NCBI GenBank assembly: GCA_965223665.1
Contig: OZ245011.1
Location: forward strand, 640,001-704,000
DNA from: Nitrospinaceae bacterium
GTDB taxonomy: Bacteria; Nitrospinota; Nitrospinia; Nitrospinales; Nitrospinaceae
Direction: 5' to 3'
DNA length: 64,000 bases
The notes beneath the pieces are model-generated. The model was not told the origin of the DNA, searched no databases, and saw only the letters and a program-made list of their open reading frames with translations. Position numbers and translations under genes: made by a program. Below, one piece after another: positions 19,364 through 29,731 of this stretch; positions within the stretch are counted from its first letter, which is position 1, and each line of letters opens with the position of its first letter.

Positions 19364-20893
19364 ATGAAGTTAGGTGAAGCCCAGAATGCTCTGAATGAAA
19401 AGTTAAAAGAATTATCCCATTTAGGAAATGTGGTGGGCCTGATGCATTGGGATCAGGAAGTTATGATGCCTGCAGGCGCAACAAATTCTAGAGCCCAGCA
19501 ACTTTCTCTGTTAGCGGGGATTTATCATGAAAAGCTGACCAGTCCAATAATAAATGACTTATTGAATCAAATTGAAGAAGGTTCTTTGGACCAATTAAAT
19601 GCATATGAAATATGTAATATTAAGGAAGCCCGTAGGAATTATGATAGAGCAATAAAAGTACCCAAAGATTTAGTTCAAAAAATAGCAGAATTGAGTTCCA
19701 GGGGACATAAAATATGGGCTAATGCCCGTGAGAATAATAAATTTGGGGAGTTTGCTCCTTGTTTAAAAGAGTTAGTAGAACTCAAAAAACAATGGGCCGG
19801 ATACATAGATCCTGAAAAACCTGCATATGATATAAATATCGATGATTTTGAAAGAGGGTTTAGCATTAAAATAATTGACCCTTTATTTCAAAAATTAAAA
19901 GAAGAACTGATTCCCCTAATCCAAAATATACAAGAAAGTTCTTACTCACCTGATAGGTCATTTTTAAATAAAAAGTACCCTATTACAAAACAAGAATCTC
20001 TGGGTAAACAAATTGCTAAAGAAATAGGGTTCGATTTCAATTTTGGAAGAATGGATACCTCCGTACATCCTTTTTGTGGAGGGGGAGACTACACAGATGT
20101 GAGGATTACTACACGTTATAGTGAAGATGACTTCATTGAATCTTTATACGCTGTAATTCATGAAACAGGTCATGGATTGTATGAACAGGGGAGAAATAAA
20201 AAATATGCGGGTTTGCCTGTTTCTGAAGCGCTTTCTATGGGAATGCATGAATCCCAATCCTTGTTTTGGGAAAAATTGATTGGAAGAAAAAAAGCCTTTA
20301 TTGTTAATTATTTAGATCTTTTTAATTTAACCTTTGCTAGAACATTTGATGGAGTAAGTCCTCAACAATTTTATGAGGCAATAAATATATGTGAACCATC
20401 ATTAATTCGAGTAGATGCGGATGAGGTGACCTATCCACTCCATATAATATTACGTTATGAAATTGAAAAAGGTCTATTTGATGGAACTATGGAAGTTGAT
20501 GAATTACCAGAAATATGGAACCAAAAAATGCAAGATTATTTGGGAATTCGACCACCCAGTGATACTTTAGGAGTGTTGCAGGATGTTCACTGGAGTGGAG
20601 GAAGTTTCGGATATTTTCCTTCGTATACTTTAGGCGCTTTGTTTGCTGCCCAATTTTATCAAACCATAGCGAATGAAATCCCAGAAACAAACCAAATAAT
20701 TGAAGAAGGCAATTTTGAGGTGATAAAAAATTGGCTTAATGAAAAAATTCATTCACAAGGAATCCTTTATTCTACGGATGAACTATTAAATAAGGTGACG
20801 GGACAAAGTCTAAATCCAGAAATTTTTATATCTTACCTAAAGAAAAAATATCAGGAAATTTATAAACTTGATCTTAATTCCTTCCCAAATTAA
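19364..20893 (+). CDS. Carboxypeptidase, M32 (Taq) family
   Basis: HPF, DVRITT, HETGHGLYEQ, HESQS, IRVDADE, QDVHW, YFPSYTLG. Confidence 0.95.
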   Translation: MKLGEAQNALNEKLKELSHLGNVVGLMHWDQEVMMPAGATNSRAQQLSLLAGIYHEKLTSPIINDLLNQIEEGSLDQLNAYEICNIKEARRNYDRAIKVPKDLVQKIAELSSRGHKIWANARENNKFGEFAPCLKELVELKKQWAGYIDPEKPAYDINIDDFERGFSIKIIDPLFQKLKEELIPLIQNIQESSYSPDRSFLNKKYPITKQESLGKQIAKEIGFDFNFGRMDTSVHPFCGGGDYTDVRITTRYSEDDFIESLYAVIHETGHGLYEQGRNKKYAGLPVSEALSMGMHESQSLFWEKLIGRKKAFIVNYLDLFNLTFARTFDGVSPQQFYEAINICEPSLIRVDADEVTYPLHIILRYEIEKGLFDGTMEVDELPEIWNQKMQDYLGIRPPSDTLGVLQDVHWSGGSFGYFPSYTLGALFAAQFYQTIANEIPETNQIIEEGNFEVIKNWLNEKIHSQGILYSTDELLNKVTGQSLNPEIFISYLKKKYQEIYKLDLNSFPN

Positions 20894-20902
20894 AATTTAC
20901 AA

Positions 20903-21403
20903 ATGAGCATGCAATCCCAAAAAAAACCAGTATACATTGAAGATTATTGCTCCGTTTGTCGTAATCCATTACCAAAAAATGCCCTTTTTTGTGAACATTG
21001 TGGTCCCAAAAAAATAAACTTTGACCATTCCATTGATGCACAATTACCGGTTGGGAAAACTATTCGTTGGATTTCAATATTAACCATTATTTTTGGAATT
21101 TTGGTTTTTTTTAAATTGGATTTTAAAAAAGACAAAATGACAATAGAAGATCAAGATATTCAAGAAGAAGTTAAATCCGAACCAGAGATTCCCAAAGATA
21201 AGGACTATGAAATTTTTCACTATATTAATGTCAACCAGGCATTTATTAGAGATCAAGCCAGTAGTAAAGGGAAAATAGTAATGGTTGTCACTAAGGAAGA
21301 TAAAATTACAGTTTTAGAAAAAGGGGATCATTGGACGAAGGTCAAAGTAAACCAAAATATTGGATGGGTTGGAACGCGGCTGCTGACAGGAACTATAGAG
21401 TAG
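20903..21403 (+). CDS. Zinc-ribbon, single-TM, bacterial SH3 domain protein
   Basis: CSVC...CEHCG; TM helix; WTKVKVNQNIGWV. Confidence 0.75.
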   Translation: MSMQSQKKPVYIEDYCSVCRNPLPKNALFCEHCGPKKINFDHSIDAQLPVGKTIRWISILTIIFGILVFFKLDFKKDKMTIEDQDIQEEVKSEPEIPKDKDYEIFHYINVNQAFIRDQASSKGKIVMVVTKEDKITVLEKGDHWTKVKVNQNIGWVGTRLLTGTIE

Positions 21404-21410
21404 AAAAAAA

Positions 21411-22028
21411 TTATTGGGATTGAATCAATTTTGATTTAACTTTTTCTAATTCTTCTTTTAACATCTTATAATTATGAGTAACAGGAAATTGAGGAAATTC
21501 TTTTGTAATAGATTCCGGTGGACAAAAGAATATCCCGGCATCAGCTTCCTTTAGCATTCCTGTGTCATTATAAGAATCCCCTGAAGCCACAACTTTAAAA
21601 TTTAAACTTTTCAAAGCAGCTACCGCTTTTGTTTTACCATCGTGTTGCCTCAGTTGATAATTGACTATTTTCCCATTTGAATCGACTACTAAAGAATTAC
21701 AAAACAAAGTGGGGTAATCCAGTTGTTGCATTAAAGGTCCGGCAAATTGATAAAAAGTATCAGAAAGTATAATGACTTGAAACTCGCTTTTTAGCCAGTT
21801 TAGAAACTCATAGGCTCCATCCATGGGTTTAATTTCTTTTATAACTTTTTGGATGTCATCAAGCTTTAAATTATGTTCATCTAAAATTTTTAATCTCCCT
21901 TTCATTAATTCATCATAATCGGGGATATCTCGTGTAGTAAGCCGTAACTTATCAATACCTGTTTTTTCAGCAAAGGCTATCCAAATTTCTGGTATCAAAA
22001 CTCCTTCTAAATCTAAACAGGCTAGCAT
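21411..22028 (-). CDS. thrH: Phosphoserine phosphatase/homoserine phosphotransferase
   Basis: CLDLEGVLIPEIW, TTRDIPDYD, ILSDTF, GDSYND. Confidence 0.93.
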   Translation of the reverse strand: MLACLDLEGVLIPEIWIAFAEKTGIDKLRLTTRDIPDYDELMKGRLKILDEHNLKLDDIQKVIKEIKPMDGAYEFLNWLKSEFQVIILSDTFYQFAGPLMQQLDYPTLFCNSLVVDSNGKIVNYQLRQHDGKTKAVAALKSLNFKVVASGDSYNDTGMLKEADAGIFFCPPESITKEFPQFPVTHNYKMLKEELEKVKSKLIQSQ

Positions 22029-22111
22029 TATATTTATCCTTATTAAAAAGTTTTAAAAGATGGATTTGGGAAAGGGAGTTTATTATAGAAAAAGAAAACA
22101 AGAAAACAAGT

Positions 22112-23698
22112 CTAATTCACTGGGGGATTTGATTTTTTTTGTAATTTTCTGTCTTTTAAAAGTTTTACCAAAAAATCCCACTCCTCATTTTTCAATAAGC
22201 GGGATACAAATATAAAAATTGCCACTCCACAACTTATTTCCATTATCAAAGTAAACAATCGATAAATAAAAATTGCATCTGGATCAAAGAAATTTTTATT
22301 TCCAAAATGGACTGCAAGACCCATTATGGTAGAAGCTATGATAAGTTTTAAAAGAGAATTAATAATTTTTCTGCCACCTAACCGACCAAGTTTTTTTTTC
22401 AAAAAATACACCAGCACAGCAGCATTGAATATTGAGGATATTGAGGATGCCAAAGCCAGTCCCCCATGCTTGAGCGGATTCATTAAAACTATTCCAAGCC
22501 CTATATTTAATAGCATGGAATAAATACCAACTCTCATAGGGGTTTTAGTGTCTTGAAGTGAATAATATGCAGAGACAAGAATTTTTGATCCAGAAAAGGC
22601 GCACAAACCTACAGAAAAATATACAAGAGCAATGCTGGTCCCTTCCGTTGTCATTCTCAAAAACTCGCCTCTTTCCCAAAGAGTGTTGACTATAGGGAAA
22701 CTTAAAAGTATTAACCCAATGGTCGCTGGTACAGTAATAAATAATATAAGGCGAATTCCAAAAGAGAGAGTATCTCTTACTTCCTTAAAGTTTTTCTGTG
22801 CGACTTGTTGAGTCAGCATTGGGAGTAAGGCAATACTTAAAGCCACCCCAAATACACCCAAAGGTAATTGAACCAATCGGTTTGCATAATAAAGATAGGA
22901 AATAGATCCTCCCGCTAATAAAGAGCCTAATAAAGTATCAACCAATAAATTAACTTCATATACTCCAAAGCTTACAATACCTGGAAGTAATAATTTCCCA
23001 GCTCTTATTACTCCTGGATCCTTAAAATTTAAATAGGTTGAAAGTTTAAATCCACAACGAAAGGTGGCTGGTAGTTGAACTAAAAGCTGGGCAATTCCGC
23101 CCAATAAAACACCTATAGCTAATCCAATAATTGAGGGATTGGTTAAAGGAGAAATAATCCAGGCACCCAATATCATGCAAATGTTTAGCAAAATGGGACC
23201 AGCGGCTGGAAGTGCAAATATCCCATGTGAATTTAATATTCCCATACAGTAAGCTGCGATTCCCACTAAAACTAAATAAGGTGCCATCCATTGTGTGAGG
23301 GTCACCGTTATTTCAAATTTAGCAGGTTCATCAATAAAGCCTGGAGCAAATGCCATGATGATATAGGGCGCTAAAAAGAATATTGCCAAGGACGAGATAA
23401 GGAGGATTAATAACTGAATATTAAACAGGTTGGAGGTAAACCGATCAGTTTCCTCAGCACTCTTAGTTTTCAGGTATTCCCCGTAAAGAGGGATCATGGC
23501 TGCGGTGACTGCACCTTCTCCTAGAATTCTTCTTTGAATATTGGGAATTCGAAATGCCACAAAAAAAGCGTCTGCCTGTGGGGAGGCCCCGAATATCATT
23601 GCAATCACCAAATCCCTTATAAAACCAAATAGCCTTGAAAGGAGTGTCATGGAACCTACTGTTCCTGCGGCAAGGCTGACCTTCTTATTATTTTCCAT
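22112..23698 (-). CDS. murJ: Lipid II flippase MurJ
   Basis: SRLFGFIRD, AFRIPN, LYYANRLVQLPLG, QDTKTP. Confidence 0.95.
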   Translation of the reverse strand: MENNKKVSLAAGTVGSMTLLSRLFGFIRDLVIAMIFGASPQADAFFVAFRIPNIQRRILGEGAVTAAMIPLYGEYLKTKSAEETDRFTSNLFNIQLLILLISSLAIFFLAPYIIMAFAPGFIDEPAKFEITVTLTQWMAPYLVLVGIAAYCMGILNSHGIFALPAAGPILLNICMILGAWIISPLTNPSIIGLAIGVLLGGIAQLLVQLPATFRCGFKLSTYLNFKDPGVIRAGKLLLPGIVSFGVYEVNLLVDTLLGSLLAGGSISYLYYANRLVQLPLGVFGVALSIALLPMLTQQVAQKNFKEVRDTLSFGIRLILFITVPATIGLILLSFPIVNTLWERGEFLRMTTEGTSIALVYFSVGLCAFSGSKILVSAYYSLQDTKTPMRVGIYSMLLNIGLGIVLMNPLKHGGLALASSISSIFNAAVLVYFLKKKLGRLGGRKIINSLLKLIIASTIMGLAVHFGNKNFFDPDAIFIYRLFTLIMEISCGVAIFIFVSRLLKNEEWDFLVKLLKDRKLQKKSNPPVN

Positions 23699-23942
23699 GA
23701 GAGTAACGATTGGTAGTTTGGGAAAAATTAAGTTTTACAATGAAAAGCTTCTGGGGAAATTAAATTTTTTTATTTTTGGATTATTATGATTAAAATGGCA
23801 GAACATTTCTTAGCCAGTATAGCAGAATATTTTTTTTGGGAACATAAACGAAAATTAGCTAGAACAAAAAAAGAGATGCTCAAATATTCTTGTTATAATA
23901 TTAAGGTAACTCTTATCGGTCACCTTTATTCTGAAAAATATA

Positions 23943-24536
23943 ATGCCTAGGTTAAAACTAAAACCAAAAAATCAAAAATCGTTTGAGAAAATTCAGAAAG
24001 CATTGGAAGGGACTTCCATAATACAGAGACAAGAATCACTCACCTATGGAAGATGGGATTTTGTGGTCTACGGACCCTCTTCCAAAAAAGAAACTATTTT
24101 AAGGCAGGGGTATGCTGAGCATGCTTCAATTCAAAGAGCACCCCTTTATGTTGCGACACTTGCTGATCCCGGGAATACAGGGATTGGGGGGGTCCCTTTA
24201 GAAGAACTCCTTCCTGAAAACGAAATTCCAAAAGAGTATGAGGGGCTTGAAATCATTCAAATTGATCCAATTCGCCCCTTAACAATTACAGAAAAACAGT
24301 CCCTCCCAGAATTAAATAAAGCAGAAGATGTAATAGGTAAAAAATTTGAATCAAAAAATACTGCTATAATTAAATCATTAAAGGCGGAAGATTGGGTGAT
24401 TTCTGTGATGAAATATTTAAATGAAACTGATAAATTTTTTCCGGATCTTATTCAAACAAATTTCCACAATGAAGTTCTCCAAAGAAACTCGTTTTCAGGA
24501 AAGGGTTTGCAAAATAATTCTAATTTATTGAATTGA
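23943..24536 (+). CDS. Hypothetical protein upstream of thiD
   Basis: 197-aa ORF filling the gap and abutting thiD; no motif recognised. Confidence 0.6.
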   Translation: MPRLKLKPKNQKSFEKIQKALEGTSIIQRQESLTYGRWDFVVYGPSSKKETILRQGYAEHASIQRAPLYVATLADPGNTGIGGVPLEELLPENEIPKEYEGLEIIQIDPIRPLTITEKQSLPELNKAEDVIGKKFESKNTAIIKSLKAEDWVISVMKYLNETDKFFPDLIQTNFHNEVLQRNSFSGKGLQNNSNLLN

Positions 24537-25393
24537 TTCCAACCGTAAATTTTATTCCCTCAATGAATCCTGTCCAAAAATATAAAACGGTTCTTACAAT
24601 TGCGGGTTCAGACCCAAGCGGTGGGGCAGGTATACAAGCCGATCTTAAAACTTTTTCTGCATTGGGTTGTTATGGAATGTCAGCAATTACTTCTCTCACG
24701 GCCCAAAATACACAAGGTGTACAAGGTGTTCATAATGTTCCCTCGGATTTTGTGTTTGACCAAATCAAATCGATTGCAAAAGATATTAATTTAGATGCAA
24801 TTAAAATTGGTATGTTACATAATTCCAAAACTATTAAGACAGTCGCCGCTGCAATAAAAGAATTTAAGCTTAAAAATATTGTATTAGATCCAGTGATTTA
24901 TGCGAAAGGAGGGGATAAGTTACTGGAAGATGATGCAGTTGATTCTCTTAAAAATGAGTTATTTCCCTTGGCAAGAATTATTACTCCAAATTTGAGGGAA
25001 GCCAATCATTTGGTAAAATTTAAGTTTCAACAATTGGATCAAATTGAAAAAGCGGCATCTGAATTATGTATTCATTATAATACTGCAGTTGTAATAAAAG
25101 GGATAGGACATGAGAACCAGAAAAGCGATGATTGTCTCTCTATACCTTCAGAAAACAGTTTAAATGAAATTATTTGGTTAAATCACAACCGAGTGAATAC
25201 ATTAAACGTCCATGGTGCTGGTTGTACTTTTTCTTCATCCATTGCTGCATTCCTTGCTCAAAATAAAAATTTAAAAGATGCAGTTTTTCTTGCAAAAGAA
25301 TTCACAACCAAAGCCATTATTTCTGGAATGAATTTTAAATTAGGGCAGGGACATGGCCCAGTAAAGCATTTTTATCAATTTTGGAAAAATTAA
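24533..25393 (+). CDS. thiD: HMP/HMP-P kinase (start may be ATG 24563)
   Basis: TIAGSDPSGGAGIQADLK, KIGML, ITPN, HGAGCT, GHGPV. Confidence 0.95.
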   Translation: MIPTVNFIPSMNPVQKYKTVLTIAGSDPSGGAGIQADLKTFSALGCYGMSAITSLTAQNTQGVQGVHNVPSDFVFDQIKSIAKDINLDAIKIGMLHNSKTIKTVAAAIKEFKLKNIVLDPVIYAKGGDKLLEDDAVDSLKNELFPLARIITPNLREANHLVKFKFQQLDQIEKAASELCIHYNTAVVIKGIGHENQKSDDCLSIPSENSLNEIIWLNHNRVNTLNVHGAGCTFSSSIAAFLAQNKNLKDAVFLAKEFTTKAIISGMNFKLGQGHGPVKHFYQFWKN

Positions 25394-25402
25394 AAGGAAA
25401 GT

Positions 25403-26053
25403 ATGAAATTCTCCGAAGAAGCTTGGGCTTCAATTCAAAATATATACAAAGAAATTTTGAATCATCCTTTTAACCAGGAATTAGCAAAAGGAATTTTAGC
25501 TAAAGAAAAGTTTCAATATTACTTAAAACAAGATTCACTTTATTTAGTAGATTTCTCCAGGGCACTGGCTATTTCGGCCTCAAAGGCACCTAATCCAGAT
25601 GATATTGTTTTATTGCTCCATTTCGCCGAGGGGGCTATCGTTGCTGAACGAGGTTTACATCAATCCTATTTCGATTTATACGAAATCACATTGGATGTGG
25701 GGCAAGGCCCAGGTTGTTTTGCCTATACAAATTTTCTTAAATCTACAACAGCACACCAGAGTTACGAGATTGGGGCGGCAGCATTACTTCCTTGTTTTTG
25801 GATATATCGGGAAGTGGGTTTAGAAATACATAAAAACTCAAATTCTGAAAATCCTTATAGAAAGTGGATTGATACTTATTCAGGAAAAGAATTTATTGAT
25901 GTGGTAGACCAAGCCATTGATTGGACAGATAGGGTGGCATCCAAGGCCGGTTCGGAGGATTTATTAAAAATGAAACAAGCGTTTATACAATCGACACAAC
26001 TGGAGTGGATGTTTTGGGATTGTGCTTATCGTTTAGAGCAATGGAATCCTTAA
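25403..26053 (+). CDS. tenA: Thiaminase II / TenA
   Basis: HPF, YLKQDSLYL, LLPCFWIY with catalytic Cys, WIDTY, EWMFW. Confidence 0.92.
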   Translation: MKFSEEAWASIQNIYKEILNHPFNQELAKGILAKEKFQYYLKQDSLYLVDFSRALAISASKAPNPDDIVLLLHFAEGAIVAERGLHQSYFDLYEITLDVGQGPGCFAYTNFLKSTTAHQSYEIGAAALLPCFWIYREVGLEIHKNSNSENPYRKWIDTYSGKEFIDVVDQAIDWTDRVASKAGSEDLLKMKQAFIQSTQLEWMFWDCAYRLEQWNP

Positions 26054-26065
26054 TTAAATTATTTT

Positions 26066-27895
26066 TTATAAATCCTGAATAAACTTGGGTGCATAGGTAC
26101 GCACCTGTTTTCCATTCAAAACATGGAAACGACGAATTCGTTCTATAGTTTGTGCAGAAAATCGCTTTAAAGGTATATGGACAATATGTTTTTTATATTG
26201 TCTTGAAAGCCGCCTCCAATCAGCTTTTGGTGGACCAGGAGAGACAACAAGAACATTTTTTTCCCTCGAATGAAAAAAGGCGGCCTCAAGCAATTTTTCT
26301 TCTAAAGTTTGAGAAAGAAATAACCTTGGATCTTCCCAAATATTTATAATTGGACGTGGAGGGTAAATCATCATACATCCGCCATAAGTTGCCTTACCAA
26401 TCCCTGGGCCTATTAATTCACTCATATATTCTGTTGCAAAAAAACATAAGGTGGATTCATCTTTATGTTCTGCATACCAAGTTTGCCGCCAGGGGTATCG
26501 CTCCGGATGAGGCTCCATTTCAAAAAGAAAGACCACCACTTCAATAGTACCTTTTGATGGAGGAATTTCTTTTACATAAATATCTCCTGAATACCAATTT
26601 CGAAGCGTATCCCGAATATCAATCCCGTCTTTCACTGATGAAGTGAATTTTTCCGTCCGTGCTAAATCATTTGCCAGTAAAAGTTTTGCTTGTTCACGAA
26701 CATGAGTGTTTAAGCTTTCTATGCGTTCATCTTCTGGAGGCCAGGAGCATTGGCCATAGGGGTCCCAGGTGTATTTCCACTCTTCTTTTTTTTCGGGTTT
26801 GGGTTCTGGTTTTAGATCTAGTGTCCTCCATATAAATTGGGTTTCCGAGAGACGGTTCTTCATTTTATATTTTTGGTTTTCTTCAAAAAGTCCCTCATTT
26901 ATTCCAAGGGAAAGGGATTCCAAATTAGTTGTGTCTTTTTGAAAAGGGTATTCTCTAGCCGCTTCAACCAAACTGATTGCAAAAGAATCACCGCCAATTT
27001 GTTTGGCTGCAGTTACAAGTGTAAATAAATCAGGCGATAGACGATTTTCCAACAGTGTTAAATTACGAACATACTGAAGAAAAATCTGGAAAGTTTGTGC
27101 CGTCAAATTGTGATATTTCAATTTATATTTTTCCAGAAACTTTTCTCGTCCTTTTAATAAAATTTCTTTAACACCATCCAGAGTAACATTTTTATCTGTT
27201 TGTAATTCCTGTCGCCGCTTTTCATACAAATAGGTAATGTAAGGAAATTCACTTAATGCAAAAAATAATGTTGATGGATCCACTCCAAATAAATCCGGTT
27301 GATTATTAGCTTGAGATTGTTTTGGATATTCCCTTCTTTCATTAAAAGCCTCTTTAATCCATGGCCAATCCAAAATGGAGCATATAAAAATTATGTTTGA
27401 AAAGTCCATTTCTAATTGATGAAGTTGGAATGCCATCCATCTCGCTCTTTGGTCATGTTGACTCTCTTGGGCCGGCCTTTTAATTGAGGGTAAAATTGCG
27501 GTTGCAAATTTTTCTAACGACATTTCATTTAGGGCATAAGAATCAGGAAAATCAAAATCCCTAACCTCATAGTTTTCTACACTTAAATCTATAAACCTTC
27601 TTGGTATTCCCTCTTGTTGAGCAATTCGAAGACCAGTGATAATAGGTTGGGTAGGGTCTATAGGAACATAGTTGATGACATTTTCAGGTTCCTCTAAGCA
27701 ACTAATAGTAATATAGGGGAGCTTTTGCAGTCCCTGTTCAACAGAATTTTGGAACTCTGGTGGAAGACAAACTGCTAAACAATCGCAACTTGAGGAAAGC
27801 ATACGTTGGCGTACTTCTCTCGCCATAACCCCACTGCCGTGAATTACCGGAAGAAATTGGATTCGATCACTTAAGTGAAATACAGAGTTTATCAT
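26066..27895 (-). CDS. Conserved-looking hypothetical protein, MoxR ATPase partner
   Basis: 609-aa ORF 21 nt downstream of AAA+ gene; PVIHGS, RARWMA, DGIDIRDTLRNW motifs. Confidence 0.7.
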   Translation of the reverse strand: MINSVFHLSDRIQFLPVIHGSGVMAREVRQRMLSSSCDCLAVCLPPEFQNSVEQGLQKLPYITISCLEEPENVINYVPIDPTQPIITGLRIAQQEGIPRRFIDLSVENYEVRDFDFPDSYALNEMSLEKFATAILPSIKRPAQESQHDQRARWMAFQLHQLEMDFSNIIFICSILDWPWIKEAFNERREYPKQSQANNQPDLFGVDPSTLFFALSEFPYITYLYEKRRQELQTDKNVTLDGVKEILLKGREKFLEKYKLKYHNLTAQTFQIFLQYVRNLTLLENRLSPDLFTLVTAAKQIGGDSFAISLVEAAREYPFQKDTTNLESLSLGINEGLFEENQKYKMKNRLSETQFIWRTLDLKPEPKPEKKEEWKYTWDPYGQCSWPPEDERIESLNTHVREQAKLLLANDLARTEKFTSSVKDGIDIRDTLRNWYSGDIYVKEIPPSKGTIEVVVFLFEMEPHPERYPWRQTWYAEHKDESTLCFFATEYMSELIGPGIGKATYGGCMMIYPPRPIINIWEDPRLFLSQTLEEKLLEAAFFHSREKNVLVVSPGPPKADWRRLSRQYKKHIVHIPLKRFSAQTIERIRRFHVLNGKQVRTYAPKFIQDL

Positions 27896-27916
27896 TCTAA
27901 AAAATTAATTTAATTA

Positions 27917-28882
27917 TTAGGAATCTCGATCAGGATGTAATGGATTATCATCTCCAAAGAAAAAATCTCCTAAACCCATTGGTAAGTTTTCCGATCCCAA
28001 TGCACGTCGCTTTTTTTCAGCCATATTTTCCAGGTTTAAAGCATCTTCCCCTAATATTTTTTCAACTGCTTCCTTCCAAATTTCATCTTTTGAGAGAGGG
28101 TGGTTTGAGCTTTGTGTTAAACGCTTAATTGCATATTGGAGGATATGAATTCCGTCTCTAGGAGAAAAATCTAAATCAAGTAGATGAGATTTTTGAAGAA
28201 AGTTTACCGTCATATCTAAAAGATCATTCTCTGCAAAAGGAAGATGGTATTTTAAAATAGCCATTTCGTCTTCATGAGTGGGCATATTTATCTGAAGTGT
28301 GGGTTGTAGTCTGGACAGTATATAATCTGGTATTTCGAATGTGGACTCATCATTATTCATTGTTATACATGAGCGAAAATCAGGATGTGCATGAATTCGA
28401 ATTCCAGCAATTATGGATTCTGCATATCGCCTGTGATCAAAAAGGGGAGCTAAAGAAGCCCAACTTTTTTCATTCATCCGGTTTCCTTCATCCAAAACGC
28501 AAATACCACCTGTAATCATTGCAGAGACTAAGGGAGAAGCATGGTAGGAAATTTTCCCTGCTTCAGATAGTACAGGAGTGATTAAAAGATCTTCTGGACG
28601 TGTGTCACTGGTGCATTGATAAATATATAGTGCTTGGTTTCTTTTTCGGGCAGCTACCATCCCTAAGGTGGTTTTACCTATACCTGGCATTCCCACAATT
28701 CTAGGAACCAGTGGTAAATCTTTTGGATCAACCAACATCCAACATGCCAATATTTGCTTTAAAATTTCCTGTTGTCCAATCCAGGTCGTTTCACTTTCGT
28801 CCGGTGGGCTAAGTGTTAGTTGAACGTCACCTATTGTGACTTTTTTATCATTCAAATTGTTTGGTTTGACGTCGTCTTTCAT
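27917..28882 (-). CDS. MoxR-like AAA+ ATPase (AAA_5)
   Basis: Walker A GMPGIGKT, Walker B VLDEGNR, HPDFR, ITMN, LSRL. Confidence 0.88.
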   Translation of the reverse strand: MKDDVKPNNLNDKKVTIGDVQLTLSPPDESETTWIGQQEILKQILACWMLVDPKDLPLVPRIVGMPGIGKTTLGMVAARKRNQALYIYQCTSDTRPEDLLITPVLSEAGKISYHASPLVSAMITGGICVLDEGNRMNEKSWASLAPLFDHRRYAESIIAGIRIHAHPDFRSCITMNNDESTFEIPDYILSRLQPTLQINMPTHEDEMAILKYHLPFAENDLLDMTVNFLQKSHLLDLDFSPRDGIHILQYAIKRLTQSSNHPLSKDEIWKEAVEKILGEDALNLENMAEKKRRALGSENLPMGLGDFFFGDDNPLHPDRDS

Positions 28883-28912
28883 ATTTTTCCTGGAAGTAAA
28901 TAAGTTTATTAA

Positions 28913-28941
28913 AGGATACTATTAGGCATATAGGCTGTCAA
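28913..28941 (-). promoter_or_regulatory. Putative sigma70 promoter of the MoxR operon
   Basis: Minus strand TTGACA-17 nt-TATCCT. Confidence 0.55.
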
Positions 28942-28982
28942 ATGTTACGATCAATAAAAAAATAATTTAGAGATTTTGTATC

Positions 28983-29633
28983 ATGCTAGTAGATATTAAT
29001 GTTAAAGGAAAAACTATTTTTATTTTAGGAGGTGGCAGAGAGGCAACACGTAAAATAGAATTGTTGCAAAGCCAGGAATGTAAATTATATGTATTTACAG
29101 ATCACGCTTCCGAAAAAATACAACAATTGGCAGAACAAAAAATATTAACTTTAAAAATTCAGAAAATTGATCCGAAAATTTTTATCGGTGAAATAAAACC
29201 TTATCTTGTTATGTTAATGACAGATGATAGAGAATTAAATCGAGAAATGGCTGAATCTGCTAGAAAATTGGATTGCCTTGTTTATATTGTGGATGATCCA
29301 ACCAAAAGTGATTTCAACCATCCTTCCACTATGACTTTTCACAACACAATCCAAGTTGCATTGTCGACAGGAGGGAAAAGTCCCCTAATGGCAAAAATAA
29401 TCAGGCAGAAAATTCAACCCATTCTTAATGAATTAATTCAATACGAAGATGCTATTCTGATAGAATTATTGGGAAATATCCGTGAACAAGTGAAACAGAG
29501 CATTCCAAATCAAAAATCCAGGCAACAGTTTTTTGATTCCATTAGGAATAATCCCCAAATAATAAAATTAATTTCCCAAAAACAATTGACTCAAGCAGAG
29601 TCTTTAGCCCTTTCTATTTTAAAAGAGTTTTGA
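28983..29633 (+). CDS. Precorrin-2 dehydrogenase/sirohydrochlorin ferrochelatase (CysG-N/SirC/Met8 type)
   Basis: ILGGGREATRK, VDDPTKSDF, STGGKSP. Confidence 0.88.
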   Translation: MLVDINVKGKTIFILGGGREATRKIELLQSQECKLYVFTDHASEKIQQLAEQKILTLKIQKIDPKIFIGEIKPYLVMLMTDDRELNREMAESARKLDCLVYIVDDPTKSDFNHPSTMTFHNTIQVALSTGGKSPLMAKIIRQKIQPILNELIQYEDAILIELLGNIREQVKQSIPNQKSRQQFFDSIRNNPQIIKLISQKQLTQAESLALSILKEF

Positions 29634-29731
29634 ATTATTTCTAAGTGAATTTTGTCCTAAACTCAGGACTGATGTTAAAATGAAGAATAGAAATAATTTG
29701 AACACATTCCGGTTTTATTCGGGAGGTTGTT

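Noticed and set aside
24104-24190. TPP-riboswitch-like words (GGGGT..GCTGAG..ACCCC..CTGATCC.GG.AATAC) upstream of thiD
   Set aside because: Lies inside a plausible CDS and lacks the CUGAGA and GCG-nAGG core with proper spacing; likely coincidence, though an Infernal scan would settle it
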